A DNA stretch of 64,000 nt, from assembly GCA_046757665.1 (NCBI GenBank), contig JBHHYO010000002.1, positions 43,129 through 107,128 of the forward strand, in the 5' to 3' direction. Each line of letters begins with the position of its first letter. Positions within the stretch are counted from its first letter, which is position 1. This document shows positions 49,311 to 58,574 of this stretch, one piece after another. Made by a program: the position numbers and the translations under genes. This DNA is from Nitrospinales bacterium (GTDB lineage: Bacteria > Nitrospinota > Nitrospinia > Nitrospinales > JAJDAT01). The notes beneath the pieces are model-generated. The model was not told the origin of the DNA. It did no database searches and worked only from the letters and a program-made list of their open reading frames with translations.

Positions 49311-50471
49311 TCAGGATTTTACAGCTTGAGCCAGGCCCCCGGCATCCATACGCGGCAGTTTATCCAACTGCTCCAGGATTTTCGATCCGTGTTTCGACCA
49401 CTCAAAGCGTCTTTTCGACATGTACACTAAATAGTCCGACGGCAATAATTCCTGTTGGTTGGCAGGGTTCAGCGCCAGTTCCTTTTCGCCTGCCCGGCTG
49501 ATCCCCAAAATTTCCACAGGCAGGTTCAGGAAAATCAGGGACAGTTTCAGGGCGCCAAACGTCAGTTTTTTGTTTTCGGGATTCCATTGTCCCACGGAGG
49601 TCCTGCTGATATAAAGCTGACTGCCACCCACATTGGACGAAAGCTGATCGTACACTTTAAAAACTCCCTGGCTCGTCAGCTCCTGCACCAGAAGCCCCAT
49701 CTGCAAATCCGTCACGCTGACTCCCCCGTCAATGCTGAACAGGCGAAGGTTTTTCAGAGTTTCCGGGCGGCCGCAGTCGATGATCGTTATGATCCTGGGC
49801 CAGTGTTTTTCGATCAGGCTGGCGGTCAGGGTATTGGTGTCGTCCATCGCCGGATGGGATGCGGCGGAAAGCAACAGGCAAGCCTTGGCCCGGGACATGT
49901 TGATCCTCTCCAGCGTATCGAGGGCGGAAGGCATTCCCATGACAAACCCGTCAATCCGCTCCGAAATCGCCGAGGGAATTTCCCTGTCCTGGCCGGGAAG
50001 GCTTTCCGTTAAAAGAACCCGGGGCGTTTCCCTGTACTCCGGACTTGAATCCAGCTCATTCAACAATTCCTTGATTTCCGTATAGGAGGGAACATTGACA
50101 ATGACCAGGTGCCCTTCGCCGGAATAGTTTCCTTCTCCTTTCATTTTCTTTAGCCTCCTCTGCATGGCTTTTTCAACGATGATTCCGGTAAATACCGCGA
50201 AACAACCGATCCCGAACATGGAGGTGACAATGGTGACCAGCCTGCCTTCCCATGTTTTGGCGAAAATATCGCCGTAGCCGATGGTGGTCAGCGTCACATA
50301 AGCGGCCCACAGCCCGTCGGTGAAAGTGACGCCTTTCTCATACACCGCGAACACGGCGGCAAACACCGCCACCATTCCCAGCAAAACGAAGGCCAGGACA
50401 AGGGGGAACCGCGCTCCCGGCCGCAGGAGTTTTTTTACCAGCCGTTTAAATATCCGGGATTTTCCGATCAT
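49311..50471 (-). CDS. 2-TM potassium channel with C-terminal RCK-like domain
   Basis: Filter motif TLTTIGYGD flanked by TM helices and a degenerate TrkA-N-like C-terminal region. Confidence 0.85.
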   Translation of the reverse strand: MIGKSRIFKRLVKKLLRPGARFPLVLAFVLLGMVAVFAAVFAVYEKGVTFTDGLWAAYVTLTTIGYGDIFAKTWEGRLVTIVTSMFGIGCFAVFTGIIVEKAMQRRLKKMKGEGNYSGEGHLVIVNVPSYTEIKELLNELDSSPEYRETPRVLLTESLPGQDREIPSAISERIDGFVMGMPSALDTLERINMSRAKACLLLSAASHPAMDDTNTLTASLIEKHWPRIITIIDCGRPETLKNLRLFSIDGGVSVTDLQMGLLVQELTSQGVFKVYDQLSSNVGGSQLYISRTSVGQWNPENKKLTFGALKLSLIFLNLPVEILGISRAGEKELALNPANQQELLPSDYLVYMSKRRFEWSKHGSKILEQLDKLPRMDAGGLAQAVKS

Positions 50472-50597
50472 TGGGCGCTTTCAAAAAATAACTGTCAAAT
50501 CAGGCTATTATAGCGGTATCCCGCGCCAAATGAAATTGACGGCGAAGATTTTTCCTTCTCCGAAGGACGAATTCGCCATCCGGCCAAGTCAACGGTA

Positions 50598-50626
50598 TTG
50601 ACAGTGTTATCTTTCTCTTATAGGGT
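50598..50626 (+). promoter_or_regulatory. Sigma70-like promoter
   Basis: TTGACA-17 nt-TAGGGT upstream of the lipoprotein gene. Confidence 0.45.
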
Positions 50627-50693
50627 GTAAACGGCTTCACGGGTGGTTCACCATACCTTCTTATCCATTTCGTCGAACGACGTTTATCGAACG

Positions 50694-51416
50694 ATGCAAC
50701 CCGGTATTTTAACCTTGAAACGTTTCATTTACGTCCCGGTTTTTTTTCTTCTTTCCGCAAGCCTGTTGCTGACCGGGTGCGGCGGGAAAGAAACCGGCCC
50801 CGTCGAACGATTGGCGCAACAGCTTCAAAAGGAGCCGGAGTATGCCATCATTCTCAACGATATGAAGGAGGAGGGGAATTTTTTCCCCACGTATTACCAC
50901 CAGTACCGCGTAGATATTGGAGAAGAGTCCAAGACCTATCCGTTTGTGGAAGTCAGCGAATCCTATTACAAGAAAAATCAACCGTACCTGGGAATGGTGC
51001 TGGCATCCAAAACGGCCGACGGCAAAGTCTCGCATACCCCGTTTCCCAACGGCTATCAATACGTGGGAAACCCTCAATACGGACAATGGAGAACGGATTC
51101 CAGCGGCGGCAGTTTTTGGGAGTTTTATGGGAAATACATGCTGATTTCCCAATTGATGCACTGGGCCGGGGGCGGCCTGGGGCGAAATCATTACAATACC
51201 TATGCCTCCTACCAGGCAAACGGCCGGCCCTTTATGGGGCCCCGCGGGGAATACGGCACCAACGGCACCATCACCCGCAAGCAAAAACCGAATTTCTACG
51301 CCCGCAGACAAATGCGAAAGGCCCGGTCGACGGGCCGGTTTCAAGACAAAATCAACAGAAGAATCGGCCGCAGTAAAAATACCTTCAGAAGCCGCGGTTT
51401 CGGGTTCGGGAAATAA
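50694..51416 (+). CDS. Conserved hypothetical lipoprotein with Arg/Gly-rich tail
   Basis: Lipobox LLTGC, IIL.DM, YYHQY, YVGNP.YG.W and SFW.FYG.Y, ending RSRGFGFGK. Start uncertain (50643, 50694 or 50714). Confidence 0.75.
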   Translation: MQPGILTLKRFIYVPVFFLLSASLLLTGCGGKETGPVERLAQQLQKEPEYAIILNDMKEEGNFFPTYYHQYRVDIGEESKTYPFVEVSESYYKKNQPYLGMVLASKTADGKVSHTPFPNGYQYVGNPQYGQWRTDSSGGSFWEFYGKYMLISQLMHWAGGGLGRNHYNTYASYQANGRPFMGPRGEYGTNGTITRKQKPNFYARRQMRKARSTGRFQDKINRRIGRSKNTFRSRGFGFGK

Positions 51417-51418
51417 CC

Positions 51419-52264
51419 ATGTGGCTTGATCAATTCCTCACTTCCATAATCTACCTGGCATCCTGTTTCGCCATTTTTGTCCTGGGACACTTCGGTTTCC
51501 TCCTGTTTCGATCGGGCTACAACATCAAGAATGAACTGGTGGAAAAGGACAACGCCGCCCTGGCCTTGACCTTATGCGGATATTATCTGGCGCTGATTTT
51601 TTCCGTCGGCGGGGTGATCGACGGCCCATCCGCCGGCTTGTCCGAAGACATGGCGGACATCGTGGTTTACGGCCTGCTCGCCATCGTCTTGCTGAATATT
51701 TCGGCAGTCATCAATGATCGGTTGATTCTCTCGAAGTTCAATATCCGCAAGGAAATTCTCGAGGATCAAAATTGCGGCACCGGCGTCGTGGAGATGGCGG
51801 TTTTCATTGCGACGGGATTGAATATTTATGGCGCGGTCTTCGGCCAGGGAGGAGACATTTATACCGCCATCGCCTTTTGGGCCGTCGGCCAGGCCATCCT
51901 GGTTCTGGTCGGCAAATATTACAACCTGATTACCCGTTACGATATTCACACCCATATTGAGCGGGACAACGTAGCGGTCGGAGTCGGCTTTGCAGGCGCC
52001 ATGATCGCCATGGGCAATCTGTTGCGGGCCGCTTCCGCCGAGGACTTTGTTTCGTGGGGGACAAACCTGTGGGGATTTTTTTCCTTTGTGGTCGTCGGAG
52101 CGATTCTGTTGCCCGCCGCCCGTACCTTTACCGACCGGATTCTACTGCCCGGAAGAAAACTGGCGGACGAATTGACCAACCAGGAAAAACCCAACATGGG
52201 CGCGGCATATCTGGAAGCCTGTTCCTATATCGGGTCATCCCTCTTGATCACCTGGTGTTTCTAA
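51419..52264 (+). CDS. DUF350 family membrane protein (duplicated)
   Basis: Repeated EL..KDN.A.A, EI..QN.G.G, IE.DN.AVG and EL..Q..N.G.A units. Confidence 0.85.
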   Translation: MWLDQFLTSIIYLASCFAIFVLGHFGFLLFRSGYNIKNELVEKDNAALALTLCGYYLALIFSVGGVIDGPSAGLSEDMADIVVYGLLAIVLLNISAVINDRLILSKFNIRKEILEDQNCGTGVVEMAVFIATGLNIYGAVFGQGGDIYTAIAFWAVGQAILVLVGKYYNLITRYDIHTHIERDNVAVGVGFAGAMIAMGNLLRAASAEDFVSWGTNLWGFFSFVVVGAILLPAARTFTDRILLPGRKLADELTNQEKPNMGAAYLEACSYIGSSLLITWCF

Positions 52265-52361
52265 ACGACGGGGAATCATTCGGAGCCGGTTCCCGGATTT
52301 TTCATTACCCCATACCCGTTGAAGACCGTAGCGGGTCGGCCCTTGCTCCACCCCTTGGCGG

Positions 52362-53939
52362 GTGAACCGTGCCATGGAGAACGCCTCATCTCCGCCCGAT
52401 ACTCGCGGGCTGAATTTCACGCTTAAGTCCTGCATATTCGCCACCGGTTGCGCCGCCATTGTTGCCGAATACACCCTGGCCACCCTGGCCAGCTATTTGC
52501 TCGGCAATTCCATTTTCCAATGGACGGTGGTGATTTCCCTGATGCTGTTCAGCATGGGGCTGGGAAGCCGGTTCAGCAGGGAAATCCGGGAACACTTGCT
52601 CGACCGCTACGTGCTCATCGAATTTGCCCTTTCGTTTTTTTGTTCCGTATCGGCCATTTTCTGCTATGGCATTTCCGCGTTCACTCCGCACACCAGCCTG
52701 GTCATTTACGGAGCCGCCTGCCTGATCGGATTTTTCATCGGCCTGGAACTGCCGCTCATCACCCGCATCAACAACGCCTACGAATCGTTGCGGATCAACA
52801 TTTCCTCCGTCATGGAATACGATTATTATGGCGCGCTGGTCGGCGGCGGCCTGTTCGCGTTTTTTCTCCTGCCCGTTCTGGGGCTGACGTATACGCCCAT
52901 CCTGCTGGGGGCAATCAACCTGCTGGTCGCCGGGGTGGTCATCTGGAAGTTCGCGGCATTGCTGGTTCGGCCCTTCGTCCTGCGCGCCGCCTTCGCCGCT
53001 TCGCTGACCGCGATTTGCCTGGCCGGCCTCGCCGCCAAACCCATTGTCCTGTTTGGCGAACAACACAAGTACAAGGATAAAATCATTTACCAGGAACAAA
53101 CCCGGTTCCAGAAAATCGTCGTCACCCAATGGAAAAACAACTACTGGCTTTTTCTCAACGGCAGTACCCAGTTCAGCACCTACGATGAGGAGCGCTACCA
53201 CGAACCGCTGATCCATCCGGCGCTACAATTGCTGAAGGAACGCGGCAACATCCTTGTTCTCGGCGGTGGCGACGGACTGGCCGTCCGGGAAATTTTAAAA
53301 TATCCCGACGTGAAACACATCACGCTGGTTGACCTCGACCCGGCCATGACCCGCCTCGCCCGAACCCATCCCGTTTTCCTGAACATCAACCACGGCTCCC
53401 TGAACGACCCCCGGGTTGGGGTGATCAATCGAGACGCTTACCAGTTCGTCGCCACCAACAACGAACTTTATGATGCGGTGATCATCGACCTGCCGGACCC
53501 CAAGTCCGTTTCCCTGTCCCTGCTTTACTCCGTCGGATTTTACAAAATGATCCGAAGGCACTTAAAGCCATACGGCGCGATGGTCACCCAGAGCGCAAGC
53601 CCGCTGTATTCTCCGGATGCCTTCCTGTGCGTCAAAAAAAGCCTGGAGGCGGCGGGATTTTCCGTTGTCCCGTACCAAAATTCCATCCCCACCATGGGCC
53701 AATGGGGATGGAACCTCGGAGTCAAAAAACAAACCATGCACGCCGAAGCCGTCAGGGAAAAACTGCTTCGACTCGATTTTAAAAACATCGAAACCCGGTT
53801 CATCAATCGGGACGCCATGATCGCCATGACCCATTTCGGCAAGGGATTGTTTGAGCGCGAGGCATCGATCGAACCCAACACCGAGTTCAATCACAAGATC
53901 ATGGAATATTACCGGAAAGGGAGTTGGGACGTTTACTAG
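52362..53939 (+). CDS. speE: Membrane-bound polyamine aminopropyltransferase (spermidine synthase-like)
   Basis: N-terminal TM block (L.SYLLGNS..Q, G.E.P, DY.G.L.G), then T.FQ.IV, YHE.L.HP, LGGGDG and DLPDP. Confidence 0.9.
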   Translation: MNRAMENASSPPDTRGLNFTLKSCIFATGCAAIVAEYTLATLASYLLGNSIFQWTVVISLMLFSMGLGSRFSREIREHLLDRYVLIEFALSFFCSVSAIFCYGISAFTPHTSLVIYGAACLIGFFIGLELPLITRINNAYESLRINISSVMEYDYYGALVGGGLFAFFLLPVLGLTYTPILLGAINLLVAGVVIWKFAALLVRPFVLRAAFAASLTAICLAGLAAKPIVLFGEQHKYKDKIIYQEQTRFQKIVVTQWKNNYWLFLNGSTQFSTYDEERYHEPLIHPALQLLKERGNILVLGGGDGLAVREILKYPDVKHITLVDLDPAMTRLARTHPVFLNINHGSLNDPRVGVINRDAYQFVATNNELYDAVIIDLPDPKSVSLSLLYSVGFYKMIRRHLKPYGAMVTQSASPLYSPDAFLCVKKSLEAAGFSVVPYQNSIPTMGQWGWNLGVKKQTMHAEAVREKLLRLDFKNIETRFINRDAMIAMTHFGKGLFEREASIEPNTEFNHKIMEYYRKGSWDVY

Positions 53940-54018
53940 AGGGTTTTTGCAGGGTGGTCGGACACCCCATCCTGTGCTATATTTATTTTCTGCCTTTGCA
54001 TTCTTCGTTTGAAAAAAA

Positions 54019-54092
<74 letters not shown>

Positions 54093-54102
54093 CTGAACAA
54101 AC

Positions 54103-54135
54103 AAGGGGTTAACCATTATCTGGTTAACCCCTTTT
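54103..54135 (+). terminator. Intrinsic terminator after the tRNA
   Basis: 13 bp stem AAGGGGTTAACCA/TGGTTAACCCCTT followed by T residues. Confidence 0.75.
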
Positions 54136-54301
54136 ATCATTTCTACTCATTAATCGAGGTATAATACATGTGTTTCTTGCTCAGAATGTGATAATTTTCA
54201 CCCAGAACCGTTTCCTTATTCTAAAATGTTTGAAAATTAAAAGTTTTCCTCTGAAAAAGAGGCCAGGGGCCGGGTCAATTTCGGAATAAAGGAAGAAACC
54301 A

Positions 54302-55264
54302 ATGGAAACGACGAAAAAGCGCTTCAACGGGTTTTACCTTTTGCTGATACTGGTTTTATCGGTTGCCCATCCATTCGAAGAAAACAGTGACGCACAGGAG
54401 ATCACTCCGCCGGACGTTTTTTCCCGTGTGGCGCTTGTGCGAAATGAGATTGAACTCATTCGACGTTATATGGGCAAGCCAAAAGAAACTCGGCCCGAAA
54501 TTGAAATCGCCGATGCCGCTCCACGGGAAGTTTATTTCCAGGCTTTAACTCTTTTTCGCAAGATAGATCAGCTTTGTTTTGAGTTGACCCGCCAGCGCGC
54601 TGTTATGCCGCCCATCCCCGCCGCTGAAATTCATCCGTCCCATGTACTGGAGGTGGTACAGGCCGGCCTGGAATGCCTGCAGGAAATCAAAAAGGAGATG
54701 AATATCACCCAAACCAACGTTGCGCCGGAGCGGGATATGAATAAAACACCTAGCGATGTGTTTCGCTCTGTCGTTCAAGGCAACCGTCAGATTAACCTTC
54801 TGCTTGTCAGGGAATTTTCCCCGAGCGACGTCTACCAGGAAGTAACAACAGCGATCAATTATGCGGCTTTTCTTTTGAGGCGATTCCCGGACATAGAAAC
54901 AAGAATCCCGGACGCCCCGCCCTTTGAAAGCAACAAGGTTCCTGCCGATGTTTACCGCCTTCTCGTCAAATGCTTTGCCCTGATCCGGGAAATTTCCAAT
55001 TTGTCGGGATTGACAATGTTAAAATGGAACGACACCGAAGACACGGATAAACTTGTTCCGAGTGACGTGTATGACATTGCTTCCCTGCTCATCTCCGAGT
55101 TGCATTATATCAACCAGCAAGCCGGAAATAATCCTCCTCCGAAATCTTATTTTCCGGGTCTCAGGTTTCCGTCTCATGTTTTCCAGCGCGCCGGAATCCT
55201 TAAAACGCAACTGATGGAATTGCTAAAACAAGTTAAGGCTCAGCCGAACTGGCTGAAAAAATGA
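54302..55264 (+). CDS. Exported hypothetical protein with eight P-x-(D/E/H)-V helical repeats
   Basis: N-terminal hydrophobic segment. Repeats PPDVF, PREVY, PSHVL, PSDVF, PSDVY, PADVY, PSDVY and PSHVF. Confidence 0.75.
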   Translation: METTKKRFNGFYLLLILVLSVAHPFEENSDAQEITPPDVFSRVALVRNEIELIRRYMGKPKETRPEIEIADAAPREVYFQALTLFRKIDQLCFELTRQRAVMPPIPAAEIHPSHVLEVVQAGLECLQEIKKEMNITQTNVAPERDMNKTPSDVFRSVVQGNRQINLLLVREFSPSDVYQEVTTAINYAAFLLRRFPDIETRIPDAPPFESNKVPADVYRLLVKCFALIREISNLSGLTMLKWNDTEDTDKLVPSDVYDIASLLISELHYINQQAGNNPPPKSYFPGLRFPSHVFQRAGILKTQLMELLKQVKAQPNWLKK

Positions 55265-55265
55265 A

Positions 55266-57632
55266 ATGACAGGTGGCTCAATGGAAGTCGGGCAAAAACT
55301 TGGGAAAATAAAGTTCGGCCTTAAGCACAAACTGTTGCGCTCCCATTTGGGTTTGGCGGGAATTGGAGTAGGTTTGCTTTTGGTTTCTTTAACCTCCACT
55401 TTATGGTTGCGGGATAGCACTCTTCACCTGGCTTTGGAAAGCGGGCCTAAATTGGGGTCCTTAAAAAGTCTGGACAAGGGAATCCAACGTTCCCTTGCCG
55501 CTTTGCGTGGATGGTTGCTGTTGAAAACCCCCGATCTCCGGGATGAAAGAAAACATACCTGGAAAGAGGAAATATGGCCTCAAGTAAACGCGCTCGAAAA
55601 AGCAAACTGGGTGGCAACGGCAGGCAACCAAAATGCCTTGGCAAAATTGAAACGCCTCCTCATCGACTTGTTTGAATGGCAGTGGCGGATTGAGGATGTC
55701 GCGGATACTCCAGGCAATGAACCGGCACAAGTGGCCTTGCGACATAACGTAATTCCGGTAGCGGATTCTATCAAGGTGGCCATTACCGCTCTCATTAAAT
55801 TGGAGAATCAGTTACAGGAAAACGGGAAACGAAAAAGAATACTTTCCTCAATAGCGGAATTTCGCCACTTGTTCAGCCGCGGCCATGCGTTTCTTACCGG
55901 TTTTGTAGCGTCTGCCGATCCCATTGATGAAGAACGGTTCCATCAGGATTTAAATTCAGCAGTCAACGTGCTTCAAGACTTGAACGACAGCCAGAATATT
56001 TTAACCGTGGAACAGTGGGAACTGCTTCGCTGGATTCAAACCGAGTTTCAAGCTTACGTTTTTTTCAGCAAGGAAACTTTATCCCTAAGAAAAACCGACA
56101 ACTGGAACGTATCGCAAGCATGGCTGGGCAATCAGGCATTACCGCTTGTGCGGCAGATAAACGATCTTTTGCAGTTCCTTTCGCTTAACCTCGAAAAGGA
56201 AATGGCAACAGACGCCGAAGAGGCCGCAACCCTCAGCAATATTTCCATATCGCTGGATTTTCTGTTGATCGTGATCATGATCCTGGCGGCGGTTTTTGTG
56301 TCCAGGTATGGCGCCGAACAAATCATCAAACCCATCGCGGCGCTGGCACGGGGCACCAAAAAATTCGCGGACAACCAGTTGACCACGGATATTCCTGTAA
56401 CCAGCGAGGATGAAATCGGGCTTCTCACCAAATATTTTAATACCATGCGAGCGTCTCTGGTCGAAAGCTATGGCCGCACTCGATCTATCGTGGACTCCGC
56501 CGTGGACGGCATTATCACAATCGATGAAAGCGGCACCGTGGAGTCGTTCAACAAATCCGCCGAACAAATTTTCGGCTACTCGGCCAAGGACGTGGTTGGC
56601 CGGAATGTGAAAATGCTGATGCCTGAATCCTATTCCAACGAACACGGCGATGAGCTTGTGAATGACCTGAAAGCAGGTAAAGCCGGAATTCTGGGCGTCG
56701 GACACGAAGTGAAGGGACAACGAGAAGACGGATCCGTTTTTCCCATGGACCTCGCCGTCAGCGAAATGCACGCAGGTAAAAATCATTTGTTTATTGGCAT
56801 CGTGCGCGACATCACCGAGCGCAAGCAGATAGAGAAGGAGCTGGCAAGGCACCGTGATTATCTCGATGAACTGGTGAAAAAACGAACCCGCGACCTGGAA
56901 GCGGCCCAGGAGGAATTGGTGCGCAGGGAGCGACTGGCGACCCTGGGTGAATTGTCCGCCAAGGTCAGCCACGAAATCCGCAACCCCCTGATGACCTTGC
57001 GTATGTTGATTACCAGCTTCGGCCAGTCGGTGCACGGCAACCCGGAGATCGAGAATATGCTGACGATGGCGGAACGCAACATCGTGCGTTGCGAGAACAT
57101 CATCGAAGAGCTTCTGGATTTTGCCCGCTCCCATCGTGACAGAAAGCAGGAAGTCACCGCCATAGACCCGTGGTTGAATGAACTGATCGACGAACAAACG
57201 GCGCCGGAGCAAGTGACGGTCGAAAAAAATCTTGCTTCCGGGGCAAAGGTAAATTTGGACCGGGAGCGGTTTCGCCGGGCCGTAATCAATGTCATGAACA
57301 ATGGGTACCAGGCTTTAATGGGGAAGTATGACCGGGGGAATGAAGACTCTCGGGAAACAGAAGACTACCTGTTGGTTGTGGAAACCGGGGTTGCCATGGA
57401 AAAGCTTGAAATCCGTATCCGCGATACCGGCATCGGCATTCCACCCGATCAGCTGGAAAAAATTTTCGAACCCATGTACAGCACCAAGAGCTTTGGCGTC
57501 GGCCTGGGATTGCCGATCGTCAAGGAAATCCTGCAACAACACAACGGTGGAATTGAAATTGAAAGCCAACTCAACAAAGGCACTACCATCCTTTTATGGT
57601 TGCCCCTGATCAAGAGTGAAAGCGCATCATGA
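55266..57632 (+). CDS. Sensor histidine kinase (TM-periplasmic helical sensor-TM-HAMP-PAS-HisKA-HATPase)
   Basis: DEIG.L...FN.M, DGII.ID..G....FN, RDITERK, HEIRNPL, DTGIGI and GLGL. Confidence 0.93.
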   Translation: MTGGSMEVGQKLGKIKFGLKHKLLRSHLGLAGIGVGLLLVSLTSTLWLRDSTLHLALESGPKLGSLKSLDKGIQRSLAALRGWLLLKTPDLRDERKHTWKEEIWPQVNALEKANWVATAGNQNALAKLKRLLIDLFEWQWRIEDVADTPGNEPAQVALRHNVIPVADSIKVAITALIKLENQLQENGKRKRILSSIAEFRHLFSRGHAFLTGFVASADPIDEERFHQDLNSAVNVLQDLNDSQNILTVEQWELLRWIQTEFQAYVFFSKETLSLRKTDNWNVSQAWLGNQALPLVRQINDLLQFLSLNLEKEMATDAEEAATLSNISISLDFLLIVIMILAAVFVSRYGAEQIIKPIAALARGTKKFADNQLTTDIPVTSEDEIGLLTKYFNTMRASLVESYGRTRSIVDSAVDGIITIDESGTVESFNKSAEQIFGYSAKDVVGRNVKMLMPESYSNEHGDELVNDLKAGKAGILGVGHEVKGQREDGSVFPMDLAVSEMHAGKNHLFIGIVRDITERKQIEKELARHRDYLDELVKKRTRDLEAAQEELVRRERLATLGELSAKVSHEIRNPLMTLRMLITSFGQSVHGNPEIENMLTMAERNIVRCENIIEELLDFARSHRDRKQEVTAIDPWLNELIDEQTAPEQVTVEKNLASGAKVNLDRERFRRAVINVMNNGYQALMGKYDRGNEDSRETEDYLLVVETGVAMEKLEIRIRDTGIGIPPDQLEKIFEPMYSTKSFGVGLGLPIVKEILQQHNGGIEIESQLNKGTTILLWLPLIKSESAS

Positions 57633-58441
57633 CGGATAAGACCTCGACTTCAAAAGAAGGATCGCCCGCCCGCCGGGTTCTGGTCGTGGACGACGATCGG
57701 GATTTGGCGAAATCTCTTAGCTTCGTTCTGGATTTAAACGGGTACGAAACCCTGGTGGTGCACAACGAAAAGGATGCTCTGGAAGCGGTTAAAAAATTTG
57801 ATGCCCAGGCGGCTTTGCTCGACGTCCGTTTGGGGCAAGCCAACGGTATCGATCTGATTCCCGCGCTCCAGAAAGAGCGTCCTTCTATTCTTTGCATCAT
57901 GATCACCGCCTATGGCACGGTGGACTTCGCCGTCCGCGCCCTGAAAAAAGGCGCCTACGACTACCTTCGCAAACCGACCAGTTCGCAGGAACTGCTGGCC
58001 ACTCTGAACCGGTGCTTTGAAAAAATCCGCCTGGAAAATGAAAAGGCGGCCGCCGAAAATGCCTTGCGGGAAAGCGAGACCCGTTTTCGAGCCATTGTCC
58101 AGACCGCGGCAGACGGTATTATCACCTTCGATGAACGCGGCATTATTGAATCCATCAACCCGGCGGTAGAACGGATTTTCGCCTACAAGGCGGAGGAAAT
58201 GATCGGCAAAAACATCCGCCTGTTGATTCCGGAATCAGGCAAAAATGAAAACGACAACCCTATTGGAAATTTTTGCGGCGGGGAAGCCGACAACATAGGC
58301 CGAAGACGGGAGGTGGTCGCTCAACGCAAGGATGGTTCGACTTTTCCAATAATGCTGAGCGTCAGCGAAATCCATTTGCATGGACGGCGCCTTTTTTCCG
58401 GCATCATGTGCGACATCGCCGACCGAAAGCAAGCTTTATAG
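57629..58441 (+). CDS. Response regulator, REC + PAS, with no output domain (possibly truncated)
   Basis: VLVVDDD, LLDVRL, ITAY and GAYDYLRKP, then a PAS domain ending CDIADRKQAL*. Confidence 0.8.
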   Translation: MTDKTSTSKEGSPARRVLVVDDDRDLAKSLSFVLDLNGYETLVVHNEKDALEAVKKFDAQAALLDVRLGQANGIDLIPALQKERPSILCIMITAYGTVDFAVRALKKGAYDYLRKPTSSQELLATLNRCFEKIRLENEKAAAENALRESETRFRAIVQTAADGIITFDERGIIESINPAVERIFAYKAEEMIGKNIRLLIPESGKNENDNPIGNFCGGEADNIGRRREVVAQRKDGSTFPIMLSVSEIHLHGRRLFSGIMCDIADRKQAL

Positions 58442-58574
58442 GAGGTCGATCCGCTTCGCAATGCATTTGAGCCAAATTCCAAAATTCGGATTCATTCATC
58501 CTGCACAGCCTTTTCCCTACTCGTTTTTCCAATTAACTTCTCCCATAACCCGCTCGATTTTTTAAGGGTGTCCC

